A stretch of DNA of 64,000 nucleotides from Haplodiscus bocki (lineage: Eukaryota), in the NCBI GenBank assembly GCA_965655095.1, contig OZ296648.1:196602001-196666000 (forward strand). Reading direction: 5' to 3'. Made by a program: the position numbers and the translations under genes. Under the pieces are notes generated by a model. It had not been told where the DNA came from, did not search any database, and saw only the letters and a list, made by a program, of their open reading frames with translations. Below, in pieces: positions 25,654 through 36,331 of this stretch (positions are counted from its first letter, which is position 1; each line of letters starts with the position of its first letter).

Positions 25654-25966
25654 TTTGTATATTGACTTTCCTGTTACACTGAAAAGATGCTTCATCTTGA
25701 ACTGCTCTGATGGGATAATCAAATTTTTTTGTGATTGTATCTTCAACGTTGTAAAAGGAATTATTAAATTAGAAAAAAAAGTGCGAGCTAAAATCGCTGT
25801 ACTTTCAACAGAAAAAAGCATTATAGAGGCTCTCTGTTCCAAAAGGAAAATTTCAATGAAACGTAAACGTCAACTGCTGGTTTCTCCTCGAGGTTTACGT
25901 TTACTAAAAATAATTCTGCCTTCAGTGTTAAATCATTTGAAATCTTGCCATGACATCAAACGGTAG
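25625..25966 (+). CDS. Polinton small basic protein with a C-terminal amphipathic helix (candidate membrane-lytic virion protein)
   Basis: CDCIFNVVKG...KRKRQLL...LRLLKIILPSVLNHL pattern, typical of the ORF after the ATPase in animal Polintons. Intact frame. Confidence 0.55.
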   Translation: MSLQNFSIIDLYIDFPVTLKRCFILNCSDGIIKFFCDCIFNVVKGIIKLEKKVRAKIAVLSTEKSIIEALCSKRKISMKRKRQLLVSPRGLRLLKIILPSVLNHLKSCHDIKR

Positions 25967-26633
25967 CGTTAAAGAATTTATCCTCATAACAAACGATGAA
26001 TACTGTTTTATGAAAAATCAAGCGCAAAACGAGAGTAATTCTATGGATTATCGCCAAAAACAAAAACAGCAAATTCTAGCTCAAGTACCTGCATCACAAG
26101 AGTATATATCTTCTCTAGAAAAACAGAGTGAAGCTGTCACAAACGAGGCAAATGACAAGGAGCAAGCACTGATTGCTCAAATCAACTTGAATTCAAGGCT
26201 TCAAGATCAAAAAAAGTCAAATAGAGAGACATCCATCCCACAAGAAAACAATACACCAGACAAAGTTCTAGACAGCCTACTTCAGTCTGGAATAGCCGGA
26301 GGTAAAATCGAACGATCTCGGCAAATCTTGAAGTCAATCCAGAAAAACGAGCGGGTCAGCATTGATGAGAACAATCAAAACATTTTTGTCGATCAACAAG
26401 ACACATCAGTAAATATAATTGACTTTCTAACCGCGCTCCAAGTGAACACCAAACAATTGCCCAAGCAATTCCTCAATTTGGTCGAGATACTTGCCCTTCC
26501 ACAATTTCTGTTGGCAAACACTTACGCCAGACAGACGAGTTCCAGAATTCAGAATCGGTCGGTGCACGGAGAATCGCCCAGAAAACGTATCAAACTTGAC
26601 ACTGATCCTCCCAACAGTTGGCTCACAATCTGA
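25950..26633 (+). CDS. Polinton accessory protein, unknown function
   Basis: Intact 227-aa ORF between the ATPase module and the integrase, with a NIIDFL...P..LLAN C-terminal pattern. Confidence 0.6.
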   Translation: MTSNGSVKEFILITNDEYCFMKNQAQNESNSMDYRQKQKQQILAQVPASQEYISSLEKQSEAVTNEANDKEQALIAQINLNSRLQDQKKSNRETSIPQENNTPDKVLDSLLQSGIAGGKIERSRQILKSIQKNERVSIDENNQNIFVDQQDTSVNIIDFLTALQVNTKQLPKQFLNLVEILALPQFLLANTYARQTSSRIQNRSVHGESPRKRIKLDTDPPNSWLTI

Positions 26634-26649
26634 GTTCAATTTTGGACAA

Positions 26650-27816
26650 ATGGCACCGAAATGGTTCTGCGGATGTTGTCAAAAACGGCTGGGTAAAGGA
26701 TCAAAAAGTTGCCCTCCTTTGTGGTGCCACGTGTGTGGCTGGGTTCACTTCAATTGTTCCGGTTTGAAAAGCAACTCCGACTACCACGACAACTTTTTGT
26801 GTACAAAATGTTCAGAAAGTAGAGTTTTGATTGAGAATGATGATCCCTTTGCAGTTGCAAATACTAAGATTCACAATGCCTACACAAACCCTGATAACTC
26901 AACGGCTTTTGGCAGTCGCGAAAAATTGCTCAGAGGTACTAAATGCTCATCCAAGCATGTTGATCGCTACTTGAACTCGAGTGAAACTTACACAAAGTTC
27001 AAGCTTACCAGAAAACGTTTCCCCAGATTTGAAGTTGTGAGTTATCGGCTGAATGAGGTTGGGTCCATTGATTTGGCTGACATGCAACAACTTGCCACGC
27101 AAAATTCGGGAGTTAGGTATCTCTTCGTGGCAGTGGATACATTGAGTCGGTTTCTATGGGTAATTGGCGTTAAATCAAAGACCTCGAAAGCTTGTACCGA
27201 AGCGTTGAAAAAAACAATTGCAACCAACAGGCAACGCAACGCTCCCAAAAATTGTTCATCCAAAAGTTATCCTGAAAAAAGTTGGGCTGATCAGGGTAAA
27301 GAGTTTGCTGGCAACTTTTCACAATTTTGCAAAAAGAACGGCATCGAAATATACTACACAAGAAGCGAGAAGTCTGCCGTGGCGGAGAGATACATTAGAA
27401 CCCTGAAATCCATCATTTGTAGATACCTACACGAGCATGAGACTAATAGATAAATTGATCAACTTGGGAAATTTGTTTCAATCATAAACAACAGAATCAA
27501 TCGTATGACCAAGTTGGCTCCAATAACAGTTTCTCAAAAAGATGTTCCTTACTTAGTATCTCTTTGCAATACTGTGCCTCCACAGCGACCAAAGTTCAAA
27601 GTCGGCGACCGAGTTCGCATTGGAAAGAAAATTGAAACTTTTCATCGTGGTTACAGGATACATTTCACTGAAGAACTTTTCACAATTTCGCATATACCTA
27701 CAAAAAATCCCCCAACATATGTTGTCAAACACGTGAACGACGAAATCATTCAAGGTGAATTCTATGAGCCTGAACTGGTCAAGTTTGTCTGTACCACATC
27801 AACAACAGCCACTTAA
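26650..27816 (+). pseudogene. Retroviral-type DDE integrase with an N-terminal PHD finger; one nonsense mutation
   Basis: ATG 26650; C4HC3 finger; catalytic IDLADM, ADQGKEF, AERYIRTLK. TAA at 27451-53 replaces Y of RYID. Same frame continues KFKVGDRVRI...FYEPEL to 27816. Confidence 0.9.
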
Positions 27817-27869
27817 TTTCTCACGAGTTTGAACAGTGTTTCTGATCAAGAGCCAGAAGTCCTTCAAAA

Positions 27870-28917
27870 ATGATTTCCTCTTCTGAAGACATGGTCGGTT
27901 GTGGCGGTAATGATATGACGATGAACTTGATTTCCAATGCATCCATGGAAACATTTCCCGGAAATAAGTTGTCAAGTTTTACAACACTCCTGCCAACACC
28001 CATGACTCTCTCTGGAGACTGGCAGGTGGCTTTGCTGGAAATTTCGTGGCCGGTATTGGTTTCCAATGTAACTGAAGGTAAAATTACAGTTTCAAAAAGC
28101 GTTCCAAGCCCAGAGGCGCCAGTTCATCCTACTAACCAAAATTTTCCAAGCGGACGACCAGGGATTGTCTCAATGAGAGTGCCGCGGCAGTTTAGAAAAG
28201 AACCAACAATGAAATTTAGTACACCAGAAGTACGTTACATAAAGGCAGTTTGTTATTCGTCCATTGATGATATCATGGATGCGATCATGAAAAGTGCTAC
28301 TGGAAACAGCAAGAAAAGACATTTATCACCATCCAGCAGAATAAAGACGCACCAAGTCCGTCAACAAACATTTCTTGGAAAGTTGATAAAGCGACGCAGG
28401 AACTTAGCGTAAAGTATCATGGTAATGTGGAAAAACATGGTTTGAGATCCAAGCAATCTCTCAAGATTTGAAAAACATTCTGGGAATGACCACATTCATT
28501 GACTGCCAAAACGCTGAGCAGCGACAGAAGTCAAACAATACCGTTGATGGCAAGTTCCACGACGATCAACAAAATATTTCAGAGCTAATGGTTGTAAAAA
28601 ATTTTGGGCATTGGCCAGTTGACATCAATGCTGGAAGTCACAATGTTTTTATACTGCGACTTGGTTCAGAATGAGACATTGGGCGACACACAAACTGCGT
28701 TGCTGCGATCCATTCCCCTCGACAGCCTTTCTTCAACGAACCAATACAGAAGAGAGGTGAACCACAGGAGCTTTTCAAATTTGCAGTGAAAAGAATTTAC
28801 AGATCACAATTCCAATCAATCACTCTGACTTTGGCAAACGAAACGGGTCAGAGGATGCCTTTTCTGAGTTGTGGTCGAACAAGCATTACTTTGGCACTTA
28901 GGCCTAAACCACATTGA
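27870..28917 (+). pseudogene. Minor capsid protein (penton), frameshifted
   Basis: N-terminal LISNASMETFPGNKLSSFTTLLP...LSGDWQVALLEISWP. C-terminal LYCDLVQ..LGDTQTALLRSIP and SITLTLANETGQRMPF..SITLALR. Confidence 0.85.
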
Positions 28918-29145
28918 ACAGAAGTGCATCGACGGAGTGACTAGCAACGAGGATGGCAAACTACCCTTGCAAAAGTTGGATCCCTCTTGCTCGTCATTTA
29001 GAAAGCAAACTCGGAACTAAACAGTGGTTCCAAAAGGTTTCTTTTCCAAACGCAAAGAAAATCACCAACATCACCACACGATCATCATCATCATCATCAT
29101 CCCGGTATATCAATTCCTTCTGTGTTGCTCAATCTCAAGATATAG

Positions 29146-29715
29146 ATGGATGCTCACTACGATTCCCAAATAAAAAGCCATAACCATCCTACAGCTCAGC
29201 AAAACGCAACATTTTGCGGTCCCGCCCGACAAATGGGAGCAAGTGCGGGTGGTTTGGGTGCGTTTGCAATGCGAATGGGGAGAGTGGCCATTCCAGTTGT
29301 GCGCAAACACATCCTTCCTGTCGCTAAACATATTGGAAAAAAAATTGCTGGAGGCCGCTATACCTGAAATTGGCCAGGTTTTGGCCGGCAAAAAAAGACC
29401 CAATAGCAAAATGCTGAAACATTTTGCAGAAACCGCTGCAGAGAAAAGTCTCCGAAAATCCCCCTCAGTGCTCTCGGGTGGAGCGGCGCGGCGCGGACCG
29501 GCGAGCGGGAGACGGCGGCGGGCGGTCGGGCGCCGCGCGGGCCCGCAGGTGTCGCCCAACCGCGGTCGAACGGCACAAGTCGAAGGAGACGCAACATTGT
29601 TCGTCCACCATCATCCGCGCCATGTTTGTCAAAATCATCGCCGACAATCATTTCCAAAAGAAAACCCGTGAAGAGAAGTCGGTCGGACATTCTGTCTGAT
29701 ATTCAGTTTGTTTAA
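29146..29715 (+). pseudogene. Arg-rich core/DNA-condensing protein precursor (adenovirus pVII-like role), frameshifted
   Basis: MDAHY..Q...FCGPARQMG..GGLG N-terminus; frameshift in an A-run near 29340; LSGG|A adenain-type site followed by ARRGPASGRRRRAVGRR; GC-rich island 29470-29580. Confidence 0.65.
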
Positions 29716-29795
29716 TTCAAAACAATAGAAAAAACAACACAGCAAACATTCTGGATTTACTAACAACTACCTCAACAGCATTCTCTGGTAGCACG

Positions 29796-30720
29796 ATGGA
29801 TATTGCGAGCCCGGTCACGCATAATGCGTTGGACTTTTTTGAGAAACCAAGCGTATTGATCAATTACGAAGGTTCATACGATCAAGAGGTGTTTCCTCAT
29901 GTACGATGTAGAGGTCCCCAATTGGACTTTTTTATCACGGCAGAGGCAAAAAGCTTGATTGACTTGAATCGTATTCTTTTGAGTGTAAAAGTTGGAATCT
30001 ATACAGAGGATGGCAAAACTCGCGCCAAAGTCAATGAGCACTCCATACTTTTTTCAAATAACACGCTTCACACTTGGTTTTCTCACGCTGAATTGTATTT
30101 GAACGGTAAGCTAATCTCACACAGCAACAACTGCTACCTACATTTTGCATTCATCGAAACTGAACTGACGACCGACACAGAGGGAAAAGAGACCTGGGCC
30201 AAATGTCATGCATATAATAATTTGGCACAAACAAAAGAGCAGGATCAAGCGTTTAATTGACTTTACGTCGACTTTGATCGCAAAAAAGAATGCACGGCAG
30301 AGCTCTACGGTGCATTACATATTGACTTTTTGGAACGCGAAAAACTTTTGATACCCGGAGTCACTCTTCATTTGCGTCTTTTTCGATCTCCTAACAAAAC
30401 ACTGCTTTTATTGAAAGGAACAGATGATGAGGCAAAAGCTCTCGATGGTAAAGTACAATCAGTCATTGAGAAAGCTTCTCTATTCGTCAGAAAAGTGGTG
30501 GTCACGGACAGTGTGAAATTGTCCTTTGAAAAAGCTTTATGAAAGAGTTGCGCTACTTATCCTTATGAAACAAAAGCGTCATTATTCAAGCCGGTCAAAA
30601 CCGTTTCATCAAAGAAAATGTTTTCGGAACGGAGCCCATTCGCAGATTAACTTTGTGCATGGTCAAAAACTCCCTCTTTCGCAGTACACCCTTGAATCAT
30701 TCACCCTTCTCATACCAAAA
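29796..30720 (+). pseudogene. Major capsid protein (double jelly-roll type) with stops, a frameshift and C-terminal truncation
   Basis: ALDFFEKP, LIDLNRILL, NNTLHTWFSHAELYLNG, LHIDF..EKLLIPGVTLHLRLFRS, ASLFVRKV, ENVFGTEPIRRLTLCMV. Similarity ends abruptly near 30720. Confidence 0.85.
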
Positions 30721-30776
30721 AATCAGTCAAAAGTTCATCGATTCTGCGAGAAACATTTCCAAAAACACTCTGATTG

Positions 30777-31340
30777 ATGGATAACATCAAAGTCAGAAAG
30801 ATCGCTACGAGTTGTGCAACCACTTGGCACGTCTTTGGAGGGGTCTGGTCAGCCAATAATTTTCCTAAAAGCAAAATACGCAATGAAAAAACTTTTGTCC
30901 AAAGAAAGTTTGAAAAAACATCAGATTTGTGGCACCTATGCCAATTGATGAAGTTTCAAATCATAAACTCCTCACCCTCAAATAAATGTGGTGAGCATTG
31001 GCTTTTACTGTGTGCAGTCGACCTTGGCAAAAGAATTGGGATTTTTGTGTGGGATTGTCTCGGCCGGCCATTGTCCTACTATGGCCAATTTCATAGCCGA
31101 CTGTTGAAGCTGTACGGAGCACTGGAGGAAGTTGAAGAAATCAATCTGCCATTACAAAAGCTTCGTTCTAATCTGTGTGGTCTTTATTGTTTGTATCTAG
31201 TACATTATTTGGCCAAAAAACCCTTCAACATCTACAAGCTTAATCAAAATCATTTGTTATTGCAAACCACTGAAACTGATGTAGGACGTTTCTTTAATGA
31301 AAATGTCAAAAAATTAGCGTTTGGATATAAAATTTGCTAA
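30777..31340 (+). CDS. Adenain-like capsid maturation cysteine protease
   Basis: IINS...GEHW (His), WDCLG (Asp), Q...NLCGLYC (oxyanion Gln and catalytic Cys). Frame intact. Confidence 0.9.
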   Translation: MDNIKVRKIATSCATTWHVFGGVWSANNFPKSKIRNEKTFVQRKFEKTSDLWHLCQLMKFQIINSSPSNKCGEHWLLLCAVDLGKRIGIFVWDCLGRPLSYYGQFHSRLLKLYGALEEVEEINLPLQKLRSNLCGLYCLYLVHYLAKKPFNIYKLNQNHLLLQTTETDVGRFFNENVKKLAFGYKIC

Positions 31341-31418
31341 TACTTGCAAAGTTTTAGAGAATTTAATGTTATTCTGTGAAGACTGTGTTTTGAGCACGAC
31401 AAGGCAAGTTATCGAGTT

Positions 31419-31978
31419 TTAAGGAGCATCTTCAATGTCACTATCTTCTCTAGCATAACGTCGTTTCCTGTTCTTTTTATTGCCCTGACTTTTGTTGCTC
31501 GTCTCGTCTGCAAAACGTTCTTCTTCTCCATTGGCTTCCCAGTCAATAAACGGAAAGGAAAGGCTGGGACTGGCAACATCAGAGTCATGATCGCTCAAAC
31601 ATGACAATTCATCCCAGTCAATAACATCGCCTAACTGATCATCTGATTGGAGAGACTGGTTGTAACCAGGAACAGGGTAGGCTAAAACACGTTTGACAAT
31701 CCACAAATCTGGAGCTTTCTAAGATTGAAAAGTTTTGCGAGCAGCAAAAAAAGTTTAGTACGGCGGAAATCTCCACAGAGGAAATTGTTACTGAACTCGG
31801 AACTTACTAGATGAAGGCAACGATTCAAGTGCTCGTTGCAGAAAACCACGAGGCTCCGTTGTTGTTGAATCGCTTTCGCTAGACGAGCTGGAAGCTAAAC
31901 TTGTTGATGCTAGTGAGGAGGAAGATGCTGTCGTGCACGATCCACTGTCAAGCGGCAACGAATCGGTAGTCGGAAAAT
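31419..31978 (-). CDS. Two predicted exons (31808-31978; 31419-31681 or -31708) forming a Ser-rich/acidic/basic tail, probably spliced to PolB
   Basis: Donors CAG|GTCTGT (32067) and A|GTAAGT (31807). Acceptors ttggttctag (31979) and gtgttttag (31682). All phase 1 and in frame. Confidence 0.55.
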
Positions 31979-32067
31979 CTAGAACCAAAACAGAGCAAAG
32001 AATTTCAAAACCTGTTGGGGTAGGAAAACTAACTGTGAGATAAATTTGGTAGAACAAAAAAACAGAC

Positions 32068-35000
32068 CTGAATTTTGATCTATAGCTTCGTCAACAGGTG
32101 TAGAAATTTTGTAATGCCCATATGCCAAAGATGAGACTCCGTTTTCAAGTAGGAACCGTTTATCGTCGAATGACCTGATTGCCACTTTATCAATTTCGTT
32201 GACCACTATTTGATGACAGTGTGAGCGCAATTGTGTCATCGTTTTGATTACTTTCTTCTTTGAGAAAAGGCAGTTCCTAAATAAGTCGTGATTCAAAGTT
32301 TTTTGACTGACTTTTGAACGCCTTTAGCGCTCTGCTTCTTCCCACCTACATAATCAATACTGTAGAGTTTTGATCGTAGACAAACGACTTCACGCATAAC
32401 TTTACCTTGCAACTCGTCTGTTATCGTTAATGGTACTTTCTTATGTTGCATCATGCAAAAAGTGTTCTTGCGGGTAATCCGAAAGGTCCAGCAGATATTT
32501 GAAGGAAGCCATATCATTGTACAGATCGGGCGTTTCAATCAAATAGAGGAGCGAATCAGTGTCTTTATAGGCTACTTTCAATTGACTGGAAGCGTAACGA
32601 GGAACCATTTCCTCATAATGGAATTTGTACAGTGATAATTTTGACAAGTCGAGAATAGAAGCACCCACGGGGGTTGGTTTAGTCCATACCACAGACGAAT
32701 TTTTGAACGACACGCAGACCAAATCTTGTCTTATATATTGGAAAGATTTGAACGTTGCTCTCTGAGCGAAGGCTTCGGCTTGTTGAGGATTTGACACAAA
32801 CTTTACTTTGGATCGCTTTCTCAAATTTTCCATCGTTTTTCCAAAACAACCATTACTCATCAACTTATAAAAGTTTTTCTCAAAATCGTTCGTAGCCTGC
32901 TTCCGCATAACAGTATTTTTTTCAATGTAGACGCCCAACCATTTGCTTTGATTAAATTCGCAAACACGATGCAATTCTTCGACTATCAACCCGTGTTTGA
33001 TATAAAACTTGAGATTTTCATAATGACACACATAATTCTTTCTATCTAAAAGGGTTTCAATCAGCTTGGGAGTTTTGTTGGGTTTAATGCCAAAAGACTG
33101 TGCAAATGGTGAAAGCCATGAGGATCTTATACTTCGCTTCTCAGGAGCCAGTGGAAGTCCATTGTGAAGGTCGTGGAGATGTTGAGGATATTTGAGGTCC
33201 ACTTCGACAAAATACCCTATATTAGAATTTTCCAAAATTTGTTTGACAGTTATTTCTGAGTTCCATCTGTAGTTTCCCCGAGGCATCATTTTTTGCATTG
33301 TGCCGGCATAGAGAGATGTTACATCATAAAATGCGCCGAATGTTGTTTTCTGACTTGGATCGAATGTGTTGAGATGGGGATTGTTCGCAGTAAAATGCCG
33401 CAACTCGCCAACTCCATTGATGCCACCCCGGATGCCACGCTCAAAAAACTAAAGCATATCAACATCTTCCAAAAGTCCCAATTTCACTCTTGTCGAGATG
33501 AGCATAGACTCCCAACTCAAATTTGGAGCAGAGTAAAAGTGAGCGGGATCGAGCTGGTAAACGTTCAAGCAGACACTTCGAAACCTCTCAAAAATATCAG
33601 CCAAAAGAAGCACATCAGTTTTTAGATAGACGTCGTGGTAGTCTCCCAAGTTTTTGCAACCGAATTTTTCGTAGATTTCAAGTGCATGTTGATAATCTTG
33701 TAAGGTAATATCAACTTTACCAGTGAGGCTGTTTTTCCAAGAGTCACCGAAATCTGGTAAAGACTCTTCAAATTTTGCGGAACTGTCGGGGAAACTGTAA
33801 CGAAAGAAACCTTTTTTTGTTAGTTTACAGAACAAATGGTCCGGAATGTTCCAAAAAAGTTCCTTGAGTAATAAGAAGTCGCCGGTTTTGAGTGTCTTCG
33901 CAAGATTGTTCAAACTTTGGGATACAAACTGGTAACTATCAAGGAAGCGCATGGATTGAAAGAGCTTTACAGTTTTCCCAGATTTCTTCGTGTATGAACC
34001 CACAGGCATTTTGACACTGAAGGAAATGAAAGTTTCGTCGGTTTTGGCAATTGCGGAGAGTTCTTCGGATACTTTGAGCTTTTGCAGAATATGATGCGCA
34101 TCGTATCGTGACAGATTATGGAAGACAGGTAAAAAAAATTGTAGTTCTGGCTCTCAAATTGCATTTTGAATGAGCAACCCCAAAAAGTGTTCCAGAAAGA
34201 TGACAATGGTGGATGACTCTTGCTGCTCTTTCAACGTCTTTACCACATATACAACACAAAACAGTAGAAACGTTTAGCATTCGCATTCGCTGTTGCTGGG
34301 ATATTCTCAAGAGTCTAAAAGCCTGCTTTTCGTTATAGCACCATAAGACCCAATCATGCAACGTGTCCAATAACTTTGCGATACAGTCTTTTCCTCTGTA
34401 AAAACTCCGCTTAGCAATTCCATGGGCTAAAACAAAAACAGGAAATGAACATGAAGAAAGTGCTTTCTGCTGTAGTTGGCAGAAACGTTTAAACGAAAGA
34501 TGTATTAAACTAGTATTTTGATAAAACAACTAACTTCTAGAATCAATGAGGACTGCTCCGAAACTAGCTGCATACTGTCGTTCAATTTCTCTTGTCCGGC
34601 TTTTCACTCTCGGAATCTGTGTCGACGCAACATTGATTGCTTTGAGATCAGCATATACAACAAAAGGACATTTCTGCGTTTTTTCCCAACTAACAAACTC
34701 GACAGATGGCGACTCGACAGGCATTCGAATCTCGAGTGGGGCGTTGCTCTCGCAAAAAAGTGCATTTTTTTGAAATTTGGTTAACTATTGGTTGAAAGCA
34801 GTTGCGGCAAAATCGTGATTTTGGCCCTTTGTTTTGCTTCGATTTCGAGCGACAGAGAAAATGAATCAAATTTGAGATGTTTTTTATCAAACAATAGTGA
34901 CTGTTTTTGTTCTCTAGTAAGCGCAGAAGGTCAATTTTGTGCCGTCCTTTTCGGTTCTTACTATGATACACTGACACAAGCCTGGAGTTCTCCAATTGAT

Positions 35001-35958
35001 AAACATTAATTGAGCAGCGATTCCGCTTTTCAAACATAAGAATGGCGGACAGCGGCATTGGCATTAACTTCGGGTTGAAAGATAATCGTTCAATATTTCT
35101 TTCGTGAATCTTCGGACTATGAGGTCGCCCAACGAAGGAAAAAATTGCCGCTGCAATACAATAAAGGAAACAAAAATTATCTCTCTTATTGACTACATTC
35201 AAAATGGAACGTTTCAAGGGTTTGAGGATTGGTGGTGTTTCTATATAAGAGCCCCCCGTGACATTGCCACAAGCAGCAGTTTTTATCTCCAGCTGTTTCA
35301 TTGTTTCCACGACCCAACCTGAACCATCAGTGTCGAACACATTCAATTGTGTCATCAATGCGTCAATGTATTGCATATATTCGTCTTCAGTGAGCTCACA
35401 CGCAATTCTACACATTGGCGAATTGAAGAAAGCCTCAACGGCTTCACCTTCCATAGGCTTTTCCAGCCTGACAGCGATGCTCATCCCAAGTTTCAAATTC
35501 GACGTTTCTCTCAATGACGCGTTCACAAAAGAAATAATTTTTTCCCGCACGAGAATAAGGTAGTTGAACGGCTCCAAAACACTACTGCCATCCAACTTTA
35601 GTCGATGAATTCTGAATTTTGAATTCACTGCTTCTGTTGTGAAATCTAGCAAATCGGAGAAATCAACTGTCGCAGTGGAAGAAGATATATCGTTGTGATA
35701 CTGCTCCTGATGATCAGTCAATGATTTCAACTCTCCAAAGTACGTGGGACAAGAAAAACAACGATAACTACTTCCTGACTCGTGTTGGCTCCTGAGATGG
35801 CGCAATAAATTGCAAGATTTCGTGAAGGAAACCTCGCAATGACCACACTTGAAAATTTTTGCAGAAACATTCTCTTGACAATTGTGTTTCTTTCGCTTGT
35901 GATCATTCAGAGCACGTTTTGAGCTCAATAATTTGTCACATTGATCACATGGAATCAA
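32068..35958 (-). pseudogene. Protein-primed family B DNA polymerase with N-terminal C2H2 fingers and an endonuclease VII-like insertion; several frameshifts
   Basis: 3 C2H2 fingers; GSGW; DNFCF..HY; Exo motifs YADL, HNLSRYD, RFLDS, YLKTDV; HCH..G..AH..CN; polymerase motifs YDVTSLY, KLMSNGCFGK, YKDTDSL. No clear ATG at the 5' end. Confidence 0.92.
34427..34534 (-). other. Predicted 108-nt spliceosomal intron in Polinton PolB
   Basis: A|GTTAGT donor containing an in-frame TAG; pyrimidine tract ttcatttcctgtttttgttttag acceptor. Splicing gives AVLIDSRTHGIAKRSFYRGKDC. Confidence 0.75.
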
Positions 35959-36331
35959 CTTAGGGAGGTCTCGGGGAAAGAACTTGAAAAAGTCGTGGTC
36001 TCACTGGGAAAAGTAACAATTTTGCAAAAAACGAGAAACGCACAAAAAAATTTATGTTTTTTAGTTTCACTGGACCACGACTTTTTACCCTGCTGGTTCA
36101 CGTTTTTCCAATAACGTTGAGTTTTCAAAAGTACAATAACGTTAATATGCCTAACAGTAGATTTCTTGAAAGTTGGCCGTTGAAACGTTTGAGAAATCAA
36201 ATTTATAAAATTCTTCGTTTTCGGCGCAATAGTTAAGAAAACGGGTTATCAGAATGAAACTGTCAAAATGACAGCTAATAATCAGTTTTTGTTGTTTTTG
36301 TTCAGTTTTCGTACCCTACACTGAAACCAAC

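Noticed and set aside
26491-26649. Annotated N-terminal extension of the integrase ORF
   Set aside because: Starts at a non-ATG codon and overlaps the upstream gene. ATG 26650 directly before the PHD finger is more plausible.
31590-31615. ELSCLSD as an LxCxE Rb-binding motif
   Set aside because: The fifth position is Ser, not Glu.
24961-35958. Bacterial prophage or contaminant interpretation of the gene-dense block
   Set aside because: Eukaryote-type domains, GT-AG introns, Polinton termini and a TSD continuous with host intron sequence.
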